64,000 nt of DNA. Source: an uncultured Alphaproteobacteria bacterium (GTDB lineage Bacteria > Pseudomonadota > Alphaproteobacteria > Rhizobiales > Xanthobacteraceae). Below, in pieces: positions 50,295 to 59,153 of the stretch; within the stretch, counting starts at the first letter, position 1, and every line of letters starts with the position of its first letter. The notes beneath the pieces are model-generated. The model had not been told where the DNA came from. It saw nothing but the letters and a program-made list of their open reading frames with translations, and did no database searches. The stretch is from the NCBI GenBank assembly GCA_963787675.1, contig CAWBDV010000019.1:212073-276072 (forward strand), given 5' to 3'. A program made the position numbers and the translations under genes.

Positions 50295-50486
50295 TCACAC
50301 ATTCCTGGTAGTGAGTGTTCGTTCCAGAGCCCGCGCTGCCAGCCGCTCATAATTATCTGCGATGGCGAGCATCGTCCGCCTAGCGTCGGCGTCGACAATC
50401 AATTCCGCGTTGGTGCGCGCCTCATGCGCTCGCTTTTGCCAATGAGCCGGGTCGTTCATCAACGATAGCCGCGCAGCGTCGGTCAT
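50295..50486 (-). CDS. Small helical hypothetical protein (63 aa)
   Basis: The WQKRAHEARTNAELIVDADARRTMLAIADNYERLAARA pattern resembles a small-protein type I recall as common in rhizobial genomes; no function known. Confidence 0.5.
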   Translation of the reverse strand: MTDAARLSLMNDPAHWQKRAHEARTNAELIVDADARRTMLAIADNYERLAARALERTLTTRNV

Positions 50487-50915
50487 ATGATTCCCCTGCT
50501 AGCCGGAATCACATTACGCGCTGACGCTTCCGATTGCGAATGGCGCGCAGCCCATAGCTTGACTTATGGGCACGCAGTTTTTGCGAAGAAATTCAAGGAT
50601 TATCGCCATAGCTTTGGCTATAAGTTAAGTTATATCAATGACTTACTTGACTGCGACCTTGACCCGATGTACATCGTCCACGCTGCGATGATGCAGCTTG
50701 ATGGGGGTCATCAATGAAACTTGCGGTCATAAAAGAACTCGACGAAGACCAAGTGATCGAGCTAGCGCGATCAATCATGTACAGGGCGCGGGCTACGTCA
50801 GCCTTAGCCGACGCCAGCACGTCTTGCGGCTTTTCGACGGACAGCGCCGTAACCGCGCCCGAAGTCGATAGCTTATGAACCATTCTGCCGGCGAGATAGA
50901 AGGCTGCGGGATTTC

Positions 50916-51509
50916 TCATGCCGCTTCCCTCGCATTGATGCCGCACAATTCGAGTGCGCGCGAAACCATCACAAATCGCGAGTAGAGAAGTTCGGCGGCG
51001 ACGCGCTGAATCGCCGGCCAGCGTTGGTCAACGAACATCCGCGCGGCCGGCGGCAATCGCTCCGGCCAGGGCGTGCCGACAACCTCGACGCACATCGCGA
51101 GCCAATTCGGCGGCATGTCGCCAGCACGCCGGAGGGCTTCGGCGCCGACAAGTAGCGCCGTGGCGCGCGCGTTATCTGTAGGACGCTGCGCGAGCGTCAA
51201 CGCCGTTTCCCGGCGTGCGGCTTCGAAGACGGCCGCCGCGTCGGTCAACGCGAGTTCGATGATTTGCGCGCCGGTAAGTATGCGATGGGCTCCACGTGAT
51301 GCGAGCCAAAACGCACTTGTGCAAATGCTATCCAAAGCGTCACCGCACCGTTGGCAAAAGCCGACCAACATGGCCGCGCGGGTCCGACCGCAGCGCGGTG
51401 GCGACATCGCGCCAAGTGTGGCGCCACTCGATGCTGTCACTGACTTCGGGATGCGCCGGGCGCTCGACGCCATAGCCGGCCGGAAAATCGCGGCCGCACA
51501 TAACGACAA
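50916..51509 (-). CDS. Hypothetical island protein (start uncertain; ATG at 51371 possible)
   Basis: The C-terminal 150 aa have ordinary protein-like composition. The N-terminal part of the ORF is doubtful. Confidence 0.4.
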   Translation of the reverse strand: MSLCAAAIFRPAMASSARRIPKSVTASSGATLGAMSPPRCGRTRAAMLVGFCQRCGDALDSICTSAFWLASRGAHRILTGAQIIELALTDAAAVFEAARRETALTLAQRPTDNARATALLVGAEALRRAGDMPPNWLAMCVEVVGTPWPERLPPAARMFVDQRWPAIQRVAAELLYSRFVMVSRALELCGINAREAA

Positions 51510-51676
51510 TCGATTTCGAGCTTGGCGACTTCCGCGCGCCGACGTGCCAGGAGTTTCGGCAACCCGGAGTCTTCAAGCAAATCTTGCATCACGGGATTCA
51601 GGAACTCCGACTTGCGGCTAGCGAGGGTTTCGACCTGCAATTGCTTGGCAGCGATTTGCGCTTCGACTTCGGTCAA
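51437..51676 (-). CDS. Hypothetical coiled-coil protein; the frame stays open upstream to about 51795 without a start, so it is possibly disrupted
   Basis: EVEAQIAAKQLQVETLASRKSEF... The upstream extension reads ..ERQELDRRLAAERHRADAAREAL. Confidence 0.3.
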   Translation of the reverse strand: MTEVEAQIAAKQLQVETLASRKSEFLNPVMQDLLEDSGLPKLLARRRAEVAKLEIDCRYVRPRFSGRLWRRAPGASRSQ

Positions 51677-51852
51677 AGCTTCGCGCGCAGCGTCGGCGCG
51701 GTGGCGCTCGGCTGCAAGTCGCCTGTCGAGTTCCTGGCGCTCGGCGGTGTCGTCATCGGTGCCGCCCTTGCCGAGTAAAGCGACGCTGGCGAATAGCTAA
51801 CGCCACGGTCGCGAAGATCAGGGTAGCGAAGAAATCGGATTTGGTTGGTCAT
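51673..51852 (-). CDS. Possible AlpA/excisionase-like HTH fragment
   Basis: MTNQIRFLRYPDLRDRGVSYS resembles the N-terminus of small island HTH regulators. The remainder is Pro/Ala-rich and looks out of frame. Confidence 0.3.
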   Translation of the reverse strand: MTNQIRFLRYPDLRDRGVSYSPASLYSARAAPMTTPPSARNSTGDLQPSATAPTLRAKL

Positions 51853-52648
51853 GTGTAATGCGCTCCAATGTGGTGAACGCCCCGACGACCATGCCGGGCG
51901 CGTTCCTCTTGATGCGTCCAAAGACGCGGATAGGGCGACGCGGATGCGCCGCCGATTTGTGGTGTTTTTTTGAAACGATGCCGCGCGTCCTTTCGGGACA
52001 CTTCGACCAAGGGCCGGTTCAGCCTCTACCCGGTCACTTTGCAGACCCGGGTGCGGCTCGCGCCACCCCGACTCCTCGCCGGGGGACCAGTCTCCGACGG
52101 GGGCCTAACGGTCCCCATGCTGGCTTGCACGATGTTAGCGCGTCGTAATCGCGACGGTTTTGAGCAAGAGAAAAACCAATAAAAACTCAACCCTATAAAA
52201 TTAGTATAGCACACTTTCCTATGGCGTGTCAAGTCATATCATAGCCGCGCATGGTATCGCGCAGTATACAAATCAGTATTCGCATGACGAACGATCATCT
52301 CTTTGATCTCAATTACTTGGAACGATCATGTATAGAGGGATTTGCATAATGATCGCGATTTGCCGGTGTTGCCCGAATGTAACAGTCCTTAAAGATTATC
52401 GGCCGGAGCTAGAGAACTCGCCGAATCGCCGCGACCGGAGAACCGGCCTACGGCAGACATGGCGGGGAGCTAACGGACCCATCAAGGCATTGGGTCGGCG
52501 TCGCCAGCTTCGCGCCGTGGCCGCCCATGCGTTAGGCCGAGCGGCCGGCACCCGAACACAGCGGGGGCGCGGATCGCCGCGCCAGGGCCTCGCGCGTCAA
52601 CTACGCCGGTAGCTTTGCGATGATTTGAGGCCCACCGCGCGGACATGC

Positions 52649-53611
52649 TCACGACCGAACCGCAGATTTCCATTTTCGGCCAATAGCATCTGCAATATCG
52701 GGGTCGAGCAATTGCGCCATGTTCGCGGTAACGCGACGTGAATAACCAAGCTCCTTTAGTAGCTTTTTGAATTTACCCCAAGCCAGTTCCGCATAAAGTC
52801 CGTTCATTTCCGCATGATAGAATCGCGTCCATTGTTGAGTTTTCTGTCGGAGCAGCACCGGGGTAGCTCGAAGCACGACGCTCGGTCGTTTGGCGGCGTT
52901 TGATCGCCAGATTTGGATTAAGGAGTCACCTTCGCGACACCCACGCACAAATGGTCCCTTCGTGCCCCATCTAATCCAATTGTAATCCTCGTCTGGAGTG
53001 TCTAGGCGAACTTGCAACGATTTATTTGCGCGCTCAATCAACTTTTGTTCTTGCGTCGAAGCGTCCCGAACGATTTCCTTCACCCCGATTAGCCAAGTGC
53101 GATTACCAAGACGAGAGACTTTTGTTTTGGCCTTCTTTTGTACGCCACGATTTCTACCACCGCGACGTATCACCTTTATTTTACATAATGCAGCGATGTG
53201 TGCCGACTTAAGTTCGGTGGATTGTCGCTTTAGTTGCTCAAGAAACGATGCGACCGCCGACACGGTGCTGCTGTGATCGGTGAGTACGCCAGCCTCGACA
53301 AGACGGTTGGCTGAGGTGTCCGACATGTTTGCCGAGCAAACGACCGCCACTTCATCGAGAAGAAGGACTTTGGCGTGCAAGTCGACACAGTTGTAAAGGC
53401 TGACACCCCTATTTTGCAGCTTTCGCAAAAGTTTAGCATCAGTTTCGCCGGTGCGAATTGCGTGTTCGGAAGCATCTAACACGAGCACGTCGCCCTTTCG
53501 CAGACCTATTGAGTTCCGAGTTACATACGCTATGGCGGCTTTTCGGCACCGCGCACTGTGCGCTGTTGCTCGAATCTCCTTCCAAAGGTCCGCGCTGAGA
53601 ACTCTTTGCAT
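52649..53611 (-). CDS. PLD-superfamily (single HKD motif) nuclease fused to an unrecognised C-terminal domain of about 170 aa
   Basis: LHAKVLLLDEVAVVCSANMS is HxK(x)4D(x)6(G/C)SxN, at about 53327..53377. 320 aa, AT-richer codon usage, in island cargo. Confidence 0.8.
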   Translation of the reverse strand: MQRVLSADLWKEIRATAHSARCRKAAIAYVTRNSIGLRKGDVLVLDASEHAIRTGETDAKLLRKLQNRGVSLYNCVDLHAKVLLLDEVAVVCSANMSDTSANRLVEAGVLTDHSSTVSAVASFLEQLKRQSTELKSAHIAALCKIKVIRRGGRNRGVQKKAKTKVSRLGNRTWLIGVKEIVRDASTQEQKLIERANKSLQVRLDTPDEDYNWIRWGTKGPFVRGCREGDSLIQIWRSNAAKRPSVVLRATPVLLRQKTQQWTRFYHAEMNGLYAELAWGKFKKLLKELGYSRRVTANMAQLLDPDIADAIGRKWKSAVRS

Positions 53612-53622
53612 CTGTCTACAGA

Positions 53623-53772
53623 TTACTTTGGCTTATCGGCGTGGCGGATCTTGGCACTAGTCTTGTCCTTCTCTGTCTTCGTCTGGCGGCTCGCTTCCGC
53701 CCGCATTCTTTCGAGTTCAGCCATTCGTTTGGGCAGTCGCTCAAGCAAATTCGGACTAACTTTCTTTTTCAT
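53623..53772 (-). CDS. 49-aa basic/helical peptide immediately upstream of the PLD nuclease gene
   Basis: Not in the ORF track (too short). GGAGG lies 6 nt before the ATG. MKKKVSPNLLERLPKRMAELERMRAEASRQTKTEKDKTSAKIRHADKPK*. The stop is 11 nt before the PLD start. Confidence 0.5.
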   Translation of the reverse strand: MKKKVSPNLLERLPKRMAELERMRAEASRQTKTEKDKTSAKIRHADKPK

Positions 53773-53908
53773 TTGATGCCTCCGATTTGCCACCCCGTCG
53801 GTTGAATCATACTCTCAAAAATCGAGGGCGTGCAACTCTCCGCCGTCGAGCGCGATAAGTGGCCGGGGCATTGCACGCCGCCGTGAGACGCGCATAGCAT
53901 CCCGCACT

Positions 53909-54124
53909 CTACCCCTCGCGCCGCGTCAGCAACACCGGCAGCTTCGCAATGTTCGCCGCCACGCGGCGCGCTTCGTCGTCAGTCAGTACTTTGGCTTGTA
54001 ACGCTTCGCTTTCGTTCGCCCGGCTGTAGACGTAGGCAAGGCTCTGCCCATTGGCGTCGCGCGCGATCCAACCGCCGGGGATTTTCTCGGCTCGCCAAGG
54101 TGGCGAAAATCGGCGCGGGGACAT
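53909..54124 (-). CDS. Small conserved hypothetical (71 aa)
   Basis: ATG at 54124 in ORF 53909..54271. The pattern PPWRAEKIPGGWIARDANGQSLAYVYSR...LTDDEARRVAANIAKLP resembles a small-protein type I recall from Rhizobiales accessory DNA. Confidence 0.6.
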   Translation of the reverse strand: MSPRRFSPPWRAEKIPGGWIARDANGQSLAYVYSRANESEALQAKVLTDDEARRVAANIAKLPVLLTRREG

Positions 54125-54152
54125 GCCTATTTGTTCCTGCCTCCGAAAACTC

Positions 54153-54746
54153 TTAGGGCAAACGAGAAGGCGGCGGCGGGGGCGGCTTAAAATTGCGCCA
54201 CATGTCGAAAAGCTGATAGATGATCGAGTAGCAGCAAACAACGAATCTTGTTTTAGGATGTGCTCGATCAATCCAATGGCTCACGGGCTGATTGACGTCG
54301 GTGGCCACATCAATAAGGTAAGGCGGAATAACTCTCGCCTGAGTATCTGGGATAATCAATTTATCACAGACCGCTTTTACTTCAGGAATATCAAAACGTA
54401 GAGGCAACTGACAGTGCGCAAATTCGTTGCGAATGGTCCGAATTAATAGCAGATCATGGTTTGTCTTTTGTCCGAATAACCCAAGAGAATATCCCATCAT
54501 GATTCTTGCGGAAAATGTTCCGAGAGGTCCATTAAAACCAAAGAGCTTATTTGATAAATTAGCCCTAAGTTGTCCCTTGATGGCAGTTTCCAACATTTGA
54601 TCGACCCAGCTGGCGTGTAGCACACCACAGGCCCGGTCACTTTGCCCGTAGAATTCCTTTTCCATGGCCTCCCGGTCGGCCGCGCTCGGTGACGAATTTG
54701 TAAAATTTTTGAATTCACGCAGATAGGCCGGGTCGGAAGCCATCAT
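54153..54746 (-). CDS. MtlR-like / HEPN-superfamily protein (197 aa)
   Basis: ATG at 54746 (GGAG upstream). SDRACGVLHASWVDQMLE...GPLGTFSARIMMGYSLGLF...HDLLLIRTIRNEFAH contains an Rx4H motif at the position typical of HEPN domains. Confidence 0.6.
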   Translation of the reverse strand: MMASDPAYLREFKNFTNSSPSAADREAMEKEFYGQSDRACGVLHASWVDQMLETAIKGQLRANLSNKLFGFNGPLGTFSARIMMGYSLGLFGQKTNHDLLLIRTIRNEFAHCQLPLRFDIPEVKAVCDKLIIPDTQARVIPPYLIDVATDVNQPVSHWIDRAHPKTRFVVCCYSIIYQLFDMWRNFKPPPPPPSRLP

Positions 54747-54958
54747 TCGACTCCGGGAACGGAAAATTGTTCGAAGAGATGTTCGACCTCCCGGCCTTTC
54801 CTGATCCAGCCATGCAGCATGTCGGGTCTCCCAAACATTCAAGCTACAACGGCAATGTACATACACAAGGACACACGCCTGCGTTGTCCACAGCCTCCCT
54901 TGTCTGCTATTGTTCTCCCCACCGGCACGCGCCAAGCTGGTCCACGTAGGGAAAGGTT

Positions 54959-55705
54959 ATGAGTGCTGCACACCATTTGCTCGCAACAGCTGCATTGGGT
55001 CTTGGCTTCATGGTGTCCGCTGTCGCGGCTCAAAATCGAGCGGTGACGCCGGACCCCATGCTAGCGTCAGCGTTTGCGAACTGCGATCAGCAAGCTGCGC
55101 AACAAGTCGCAGCGATTTCACAATCGAAGTCAATTGACCCGACGCATTTACTTCCTGGTGCATGGATTTTGCTGTTCAACGATTTAAACGAGCGCCAGCA
55201 GCAGGAAGCGAACAAACCGCAAATCCTCGCTGCCATTGAGCAGCAACGCCTCCAATGCAGACAGGCTGCCGATGCCGCCGCGCAGCAGCGAGTGCAGGAA
55301 ACTCGCAACCAGGAGCGGGATCGAGCGCGCGGCTATCAATCAATCTCCGTCGAGACCTTCATGCTCGATGGAAAAGAGCTGTCGGGCCGTTCGGCCAAAG
55401 TCTCATTGAGCGGTATTTATGTGCCTGCTGGCAATGTCGACTTACTGTTGGCCGACCAGCGAACCGTCATTCTGGCGACCACCAATCCAGATATCGGGCA
55501 GAACGTTGCCCGCGTTCCACTGCTAACAGCGAATGCCTCGCGCGACCTGCGGCAATACCTACTGCGGTGCAAATCAGACCCCGGCAGGGCACGGTTTGGT
55601 TGCCCAATAACCATCATCGGAAACGTAACGATGTGCGAAGCGTCCGGCCCGCTGGCAGCGCACCGGGAATTACCGTGCGTCGCCGTGGTCGACGGCCGAC
55701 CATAG
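54959..55705 (+). CDS. Exported hypothetical protein (248 aa)
   Basis: Signal peptide ..SAVAAQN, Gln-rich coiled segment, Cys pairs. No family recognised. Confidence 0.55.
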   Translation: MSAAHHLLATAALGLGFMVSAVAAQNRAVTPDPMLASAFANCDQQAAQQVAAISQSKSIDPTHLLPGAWILLFNDLNERQQQEANKPQILAAIEQQRLQCRQAADAAAQQRVQETRNQERDRARGYQSISVETFMLDGKELSGRSAKVSLSGIYVPAGNVDLLLADQRTVILATTNPDIGQNVARVPLLTANASRDLRQYLLRCKSDPGRARFGCPITIIGNVTMCEASGPLAAHRELPCVAVVDGRP

Positions 55706-55799
55706 TTGAGGCTGTTGCCGTGGCCGGCTGTGCGTTGCGGTCCTGATGGCTGGTCAGCGGCCCGCCTGCTCTGGGCGCCCAGCGGGGATGCAGCCTCTA

Positions 55800-56120
55800 T
55801 CAAAATTTGTCTACCAATTTTTTCATCGCGAGGATCATTTGCACAGCGAGGTCTGCGGTGTCTTTCGCATCAATCTCCTGATCAGTAAGACCTAAATTAT
55901 ACATACCGAGGCGAGAAGCACCGCTGTACTTTGCATTGCATATCGCCGGAAGCATGGTGGTCGGAGGAACGATATGACCGAAGGTTTGTGCGAATGCTTT
56001 AAATTTGGCGACCGTGCTGCCGTAGGGTGGCGCATTGCAGCGCGGATCAGCGGCATGGGCCGCCGCGCTTAACACCGCGACCAACGTCGCGGCGAGCGCC
56101 AGTTGGTTGAGTTTCGACAT
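55800..56120 (-). CDS. Exported hypothetical protein (106 aa)
   Basis: ATG at 56120 gives signal peptide MSKLNQLALAATLVAVLSAAAHAAD. Confidence 0.55.
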   Translation of the reverse strand: MSKLNQLALAATLVAVLSAAAHAADPRCNAPPYGSTVAKFKAFAQTFGHIVPPTTMLPAICNAKYSGASRLGMYNLGLTDQEIDAKDTADLAVQMILAMKKLVDKF

Positions 56121-56406
56121 TGTAACCCCCCTAGAGTGCTTCAAGAAGGATAGTTGACTGCGGTTCAGGAGACAACCTGCCCGTGAACTCTTCCGCTGTG
56201 GCGCTCGCACCCGCTCGTGAGCCAAGAGGGGCGCGTTCGTTGAGGGCGGCTGCAATGGCCCGCAGGCTCGTTTTCCCGGCCGCCTGTAGCTCGGCGAGCG
56301 TCGGGGCAAGGTCGGCAGCGCGAGTGTCGGCACCGTGCTAACGGGCTCCTAAACGCAAGACGGCGCCCGAAGGCGCCGCTGGCATGGTGCAGGGCTGCGC
56401 CGGCCG

Positions 56407-57042
56407 TCAGAGATCGACCACACGGCGCTTGGCGGCCGAGTCGCCCTGGATGTAACGTTGCGTCGTTTGCAGCGATGCATGGCCCGCAAGCTCTTGCACG
56501 TCGCGCAGCGAGCCGCCGGCCTCAACGATCTTTTTGGCGCAGCGGGTGACGAACGTCCGCCGGCCGGAATGGCTCGACGCGCCGGCAAAGCCGAGCGACG
56601 CATACAGCAGGTGAAACCAAACCTGCACGGCGCCGGGCTGCATGCCGGCATCGCGCTCGGAATGGGCGATGCGGTCGCCGGGCTCGGGCTTGCGGATGGC
56701 GTGCAGGGCTACCAGCGCGTCGCGTAGCTCGCGGTTGAGCGGCACAGTGCGACCTCCGCGCTTGCCCTTGCTGGCGCCGTTTGACAGGTGCAGCGCGTCG
56801 CCGACGTTGCCCTGTGCGTCCGTCACCATGCCCCACGTGGCGAGCGCGATTTCCTTGGCCCGCAAGCCGGCCCGGACGGACAGCAACACCATCACGCGGT
56901 CGCGCTCGGGATAGCGGCGTGCGGCCGTCGCTGCCAACGCCGCCCGGATTTGCGCTTCGGTCAAAACCTTCGCCTGCTTGCCCAACCCCTCGCCCATGTC
57001 GGCTACCCATGTATGAATTTCATCTAAAGCAAATATTTTCAT
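56407..57042 (-). CDS. Short tyrosine recombinase (catalytic domain only, 211 aa)
   Basis: R (SVRAGLRAKE), K (KGKRGGRTVPL), HxxR (HSGRRTF), GHASLQTT, and RY nucleophile (QRYIQ). No N-terminal core-binding or arm-binding domain. Confidence 0.85.
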   Translation of the reverse strand: MKIFALDEIHTWVADMGEGLGKQAKVLTEAQIRAALAATAARRYPERDRVMVLLSVRAGLRAKEIALATWGMVTDAQGNVGDALHLSNGASKGKRGGRTVPLNRELRDALVALHAIRKPEPGDRIAHSERDAGMQPGAVQVWFHLLYASLGFAGASSHSGRRTFVTRCAKKIVEAGGSLRDVQELAGHASLQTTQRYIQGDSAAKRRVVDL

Positions 57043-57274
57043 ACAGACCTACCGGCTGTCAAGGGAAAAAACGGGCGAAACCGCAATGAAAGTTGAGACT
57101 GATAGGAAATTGAAGAATTTCATACATCATTCCGCGAAACACAAATCCTCCCACGTAGGCGCCACGTGCCCCGCCGGTCGGCATGGCCTCGCCGAGCATA
57201 GCGGCAACCGGGCCGGCGGATGCCAGCCAGCCGCAGCGGCAGGAGTTCGATGTATTGCCAGCAAAGTTCCTCGA

Positions 57275-57589
57275 CTAGAAATTCTTTGACGATTTGCGCT
57301 GCCACGTCATCGGCAAGCTCGGCGGGTCGCGTCGGCAAGAGCGGCAGCAACCGCGCTCGAAATCTTTTCGGTCGCGGTACGCAAGTTTAAACAACGTTTC
57401 CGGCGACACCCTCAAAGCTCGCGCGAAGCGGGTAAGGTCGCTTTCGTTCTTGCGCGGTCGACCATAGTGCCATCCGATGATTGCGATTTGCAGACCGGCG
57501 ATACACGAGCGCATGTCGACGGGCGTGTGCGTGTCCGGCTGCGGGATCAACTTGCTTTCGAGCGCCGCGAGGCGTTTGGCTACGGTCAT
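57275..57589 (-). CDS. Hypothetical island protein; the 3' part possibly continues in another frame (ORF 57120..57350)
   Basis: 4-nt overlap with the upstream DUF5681 gene. The C-terminus turns Cys/Arg-rich, while an overlapping frame reads LLPLLPTRPAELADDVAAQIVKEF. Confidence 0.4.
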   Translation of the reverse strand: MTVAKRLAALESKLIPQPDTHTPVDMRSCIAGLQIAIIGWHYGRPRKNESDLTRFARALRVSPETLFKLAYRDRKDFERGCCRSCRRDPPSLPMTWQRKSSKNF

Positions 57590-58056
57590 CGGTCAAGTCC
57601 CGAGAGCTTTTCGAGGCGAGCGAGTCGGGCTTCGGTTTCCGACGCTTCCAAAGCCTTGCCGAGCTTATCGAGCACTGCGGAAAGCTCGACGCTCTCCGCG
57701 CTGGAAATGAGCCCCTTCGATACGGCGGAAAGCAGCCCATTATGCGCCGCTGCAAGGTCCGCGAGGCTCTTAATCTCGGGCATGTTGAACAGCGTCAATC
57801 GGCCCTTCCTTGGCGGTGCCACGCGGTCAAGCACAAGCTTGGCAGCCGCCATATCGCCTTCCTTCGCCAGCCTCAAAACGGTTTCTGCGACGGGGACAAC
57901 TCCCTTCGCCAAAAGCCTTTCGACTGCCGTCATGGATTTGATGCCGGGACTCGTAGTGTTCTTCCTTGGACGGCCAGCCGGGTTGCCGCTCACACCGGGC
58001 TGGAAGCCGCTACGGCGTTGTTCTACAAGGGATTTTTCACGGGGAATGTCGTTCAT
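57586..58056 (-). CDS. DUF5681-like protein
   Basis: GFQPGVSGNPAGRPRK motif followed by a helical region. I recall this motif family mainly from phage, plasmid and island modules. Confidence 0.7.
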   Translation of the reverse strand: MNDIPREKSLVEQRRSGFQPGVSGNPAGRPRKNTTSPGIKSMTAVERLLAKGVVPVAETVLRLAKEGDMAAAKLVLDRVAPPRKGRLTLFNMPEIKSLADLAAAHNGLLSAVSKGLISSAESVELSAVLDKLGKALEASETEARLARLEKLSGLDR

Positions 58057-58227
58057 AACGTTAAACTTTCCGGTTGAATATCAATATAAAATCAAGCGCT
58101 TGGCGCTGTGAGCGCCAATAGCGCGCGCTTTTGACGCGCGCCGAACACGGCGAGTGTTCAGTTCGCCAAGGAACCGTGGCGGACCCAGCGTCGTTCTGCC
58201 CATAGGGACGATGACTCAGGAGACAAT

Positions 58228-58419
58228 ATGAGCACGGCTCTCAAACTTATGTTCGCTGCAATCGGCATCGCGAGCGTCATACCAAGCTCGGTATCCGCGC
58301 AGACCTATAACCCCGATAGGTATCGCGGCTATTACAGCAATGGCACCGGCACCGTTCCCGACCGGTTGCGCGATCCGCACGATGATCGTGGCGGCGGCTT
58401 CGGCGGCGGCAACGGCTAG
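58228..58419 (+). CDS. Possible small exported Gly-rich peptide (63 aa)
   Basis: AGGAG upstream, signal peptide ..SVSAQ, C-terminal GGGFGGGNG. Confidence 0.4.
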   Translation: MSTALKLMFAAIGIASVIPSSVSAQTYNPDRYRGYYSNGTGTVPDRLRDPHDDRGGGFGGGNG

Positions 58420-58907
58420 CTCGACTCCCGCTCCGGCAGCATCCAGAACGACCGCCGGTTGATGCGCCGCGGCGTTAGCCCGAGCTTCCGCCTAGCCCGT
58501 TCCAATGTGCGCCGCGCGATACCTTCATCATCAGCAAGGCGTTCAAGCACCTTCGCAGCGACGGGGCCGGCCGTCAGTTTCTCGACCAGCCACGCTGACG
58601 CGGTGTCGAGCGCGCTCTCGATCTTCGCCGGCCTCACGGCCTCGATAATGGGCCGCACCACAACATCAAAGGCTTCCGCCGCGATCTCCGCGAGCACGCT
58701 GGGTTTGCGCTGCGCCTCGTAGTGCTCGGCATTTCTCCGCAACGCCGCGATCCTGCGGTTCTCAGCTTCCTCGTAATGCCCGCCGACGACATTTCCGAGC
58801 GCAGTCGCAACCATGTTCCAATACAGTGCCGCGCCTGACATCTCCGCCCGGCTCGGCAGTTGGTTGAAATCGTCGTCTTGCCGGTTCTCAACGTAAAAAA
58901 AGCTCAC
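58416..58907 (-). CDS. Hypothetical island protein with C-terminal wHTH-like tail
   Basis: GIARRTLERARRKLGL..R...FWMLP resembles the DNA-binding tails I recall from primase/helicase-associated island proteins. Confidence 0.5.
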   Translation of the reverse strand: MSFFYVENRQDDDFNQLPSRAEMSGAALYWNMVATALGNVVGGHYEEAENRRIAALRRNAEHYEAQRKPSVLAEIAAEAFDVVVRPIIEAVRPAKIESALDTASAWLVEKLTAGPVAAKVLERLADDEGIARRTLERARRKLGLTPRRINRRSFWMLPERESS

Positions 58908-59153
58908 TCGATTCCTCCGTTACAATGCCTCGCCAGCCTCATACGGAAGCCGGTGGTGCGGTTCTAATGTGGAAGGGGATGAAAGGGGCCGCCCATTTAC
59001 AGGCGACCCCGTGCCGCCAAGGTGGGACCTGGCAGGCTGTGCCGCCGAACCGGAAAGGAACCAAACCGGGTGGCGGGTAACTCTTTCTATGGCCGGCGCC
59101 GCCCCCAAGGCGGCCCTTCCGGCCTCCGGGGGTATAAGGGGGGGTTCGAACAC

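Noticed and set aside
50487-50946. Overlapping alternatives: plus-strand ORFs 50487..50717 and an unlisted 54-aa ORF 50714..50878, versus minus-strand ORF 50635..50946
   Set aside because: Both strands give plausible-looking small proteins, and I cannot decide without homology or expression data. They are therefore not listed as features.
53680-53700. GAACTCGA inside the 49-aa ORF (and at about 50738 and about 51730) as further frameshift sites
   Set aside because: In these places the octamer is read in frame as sensible sequence (AELER; KELDE; QELDR) and no frame break is needed. The sequence also occurs naturally, so only the five sites with demonstrable frame breaks are counted.
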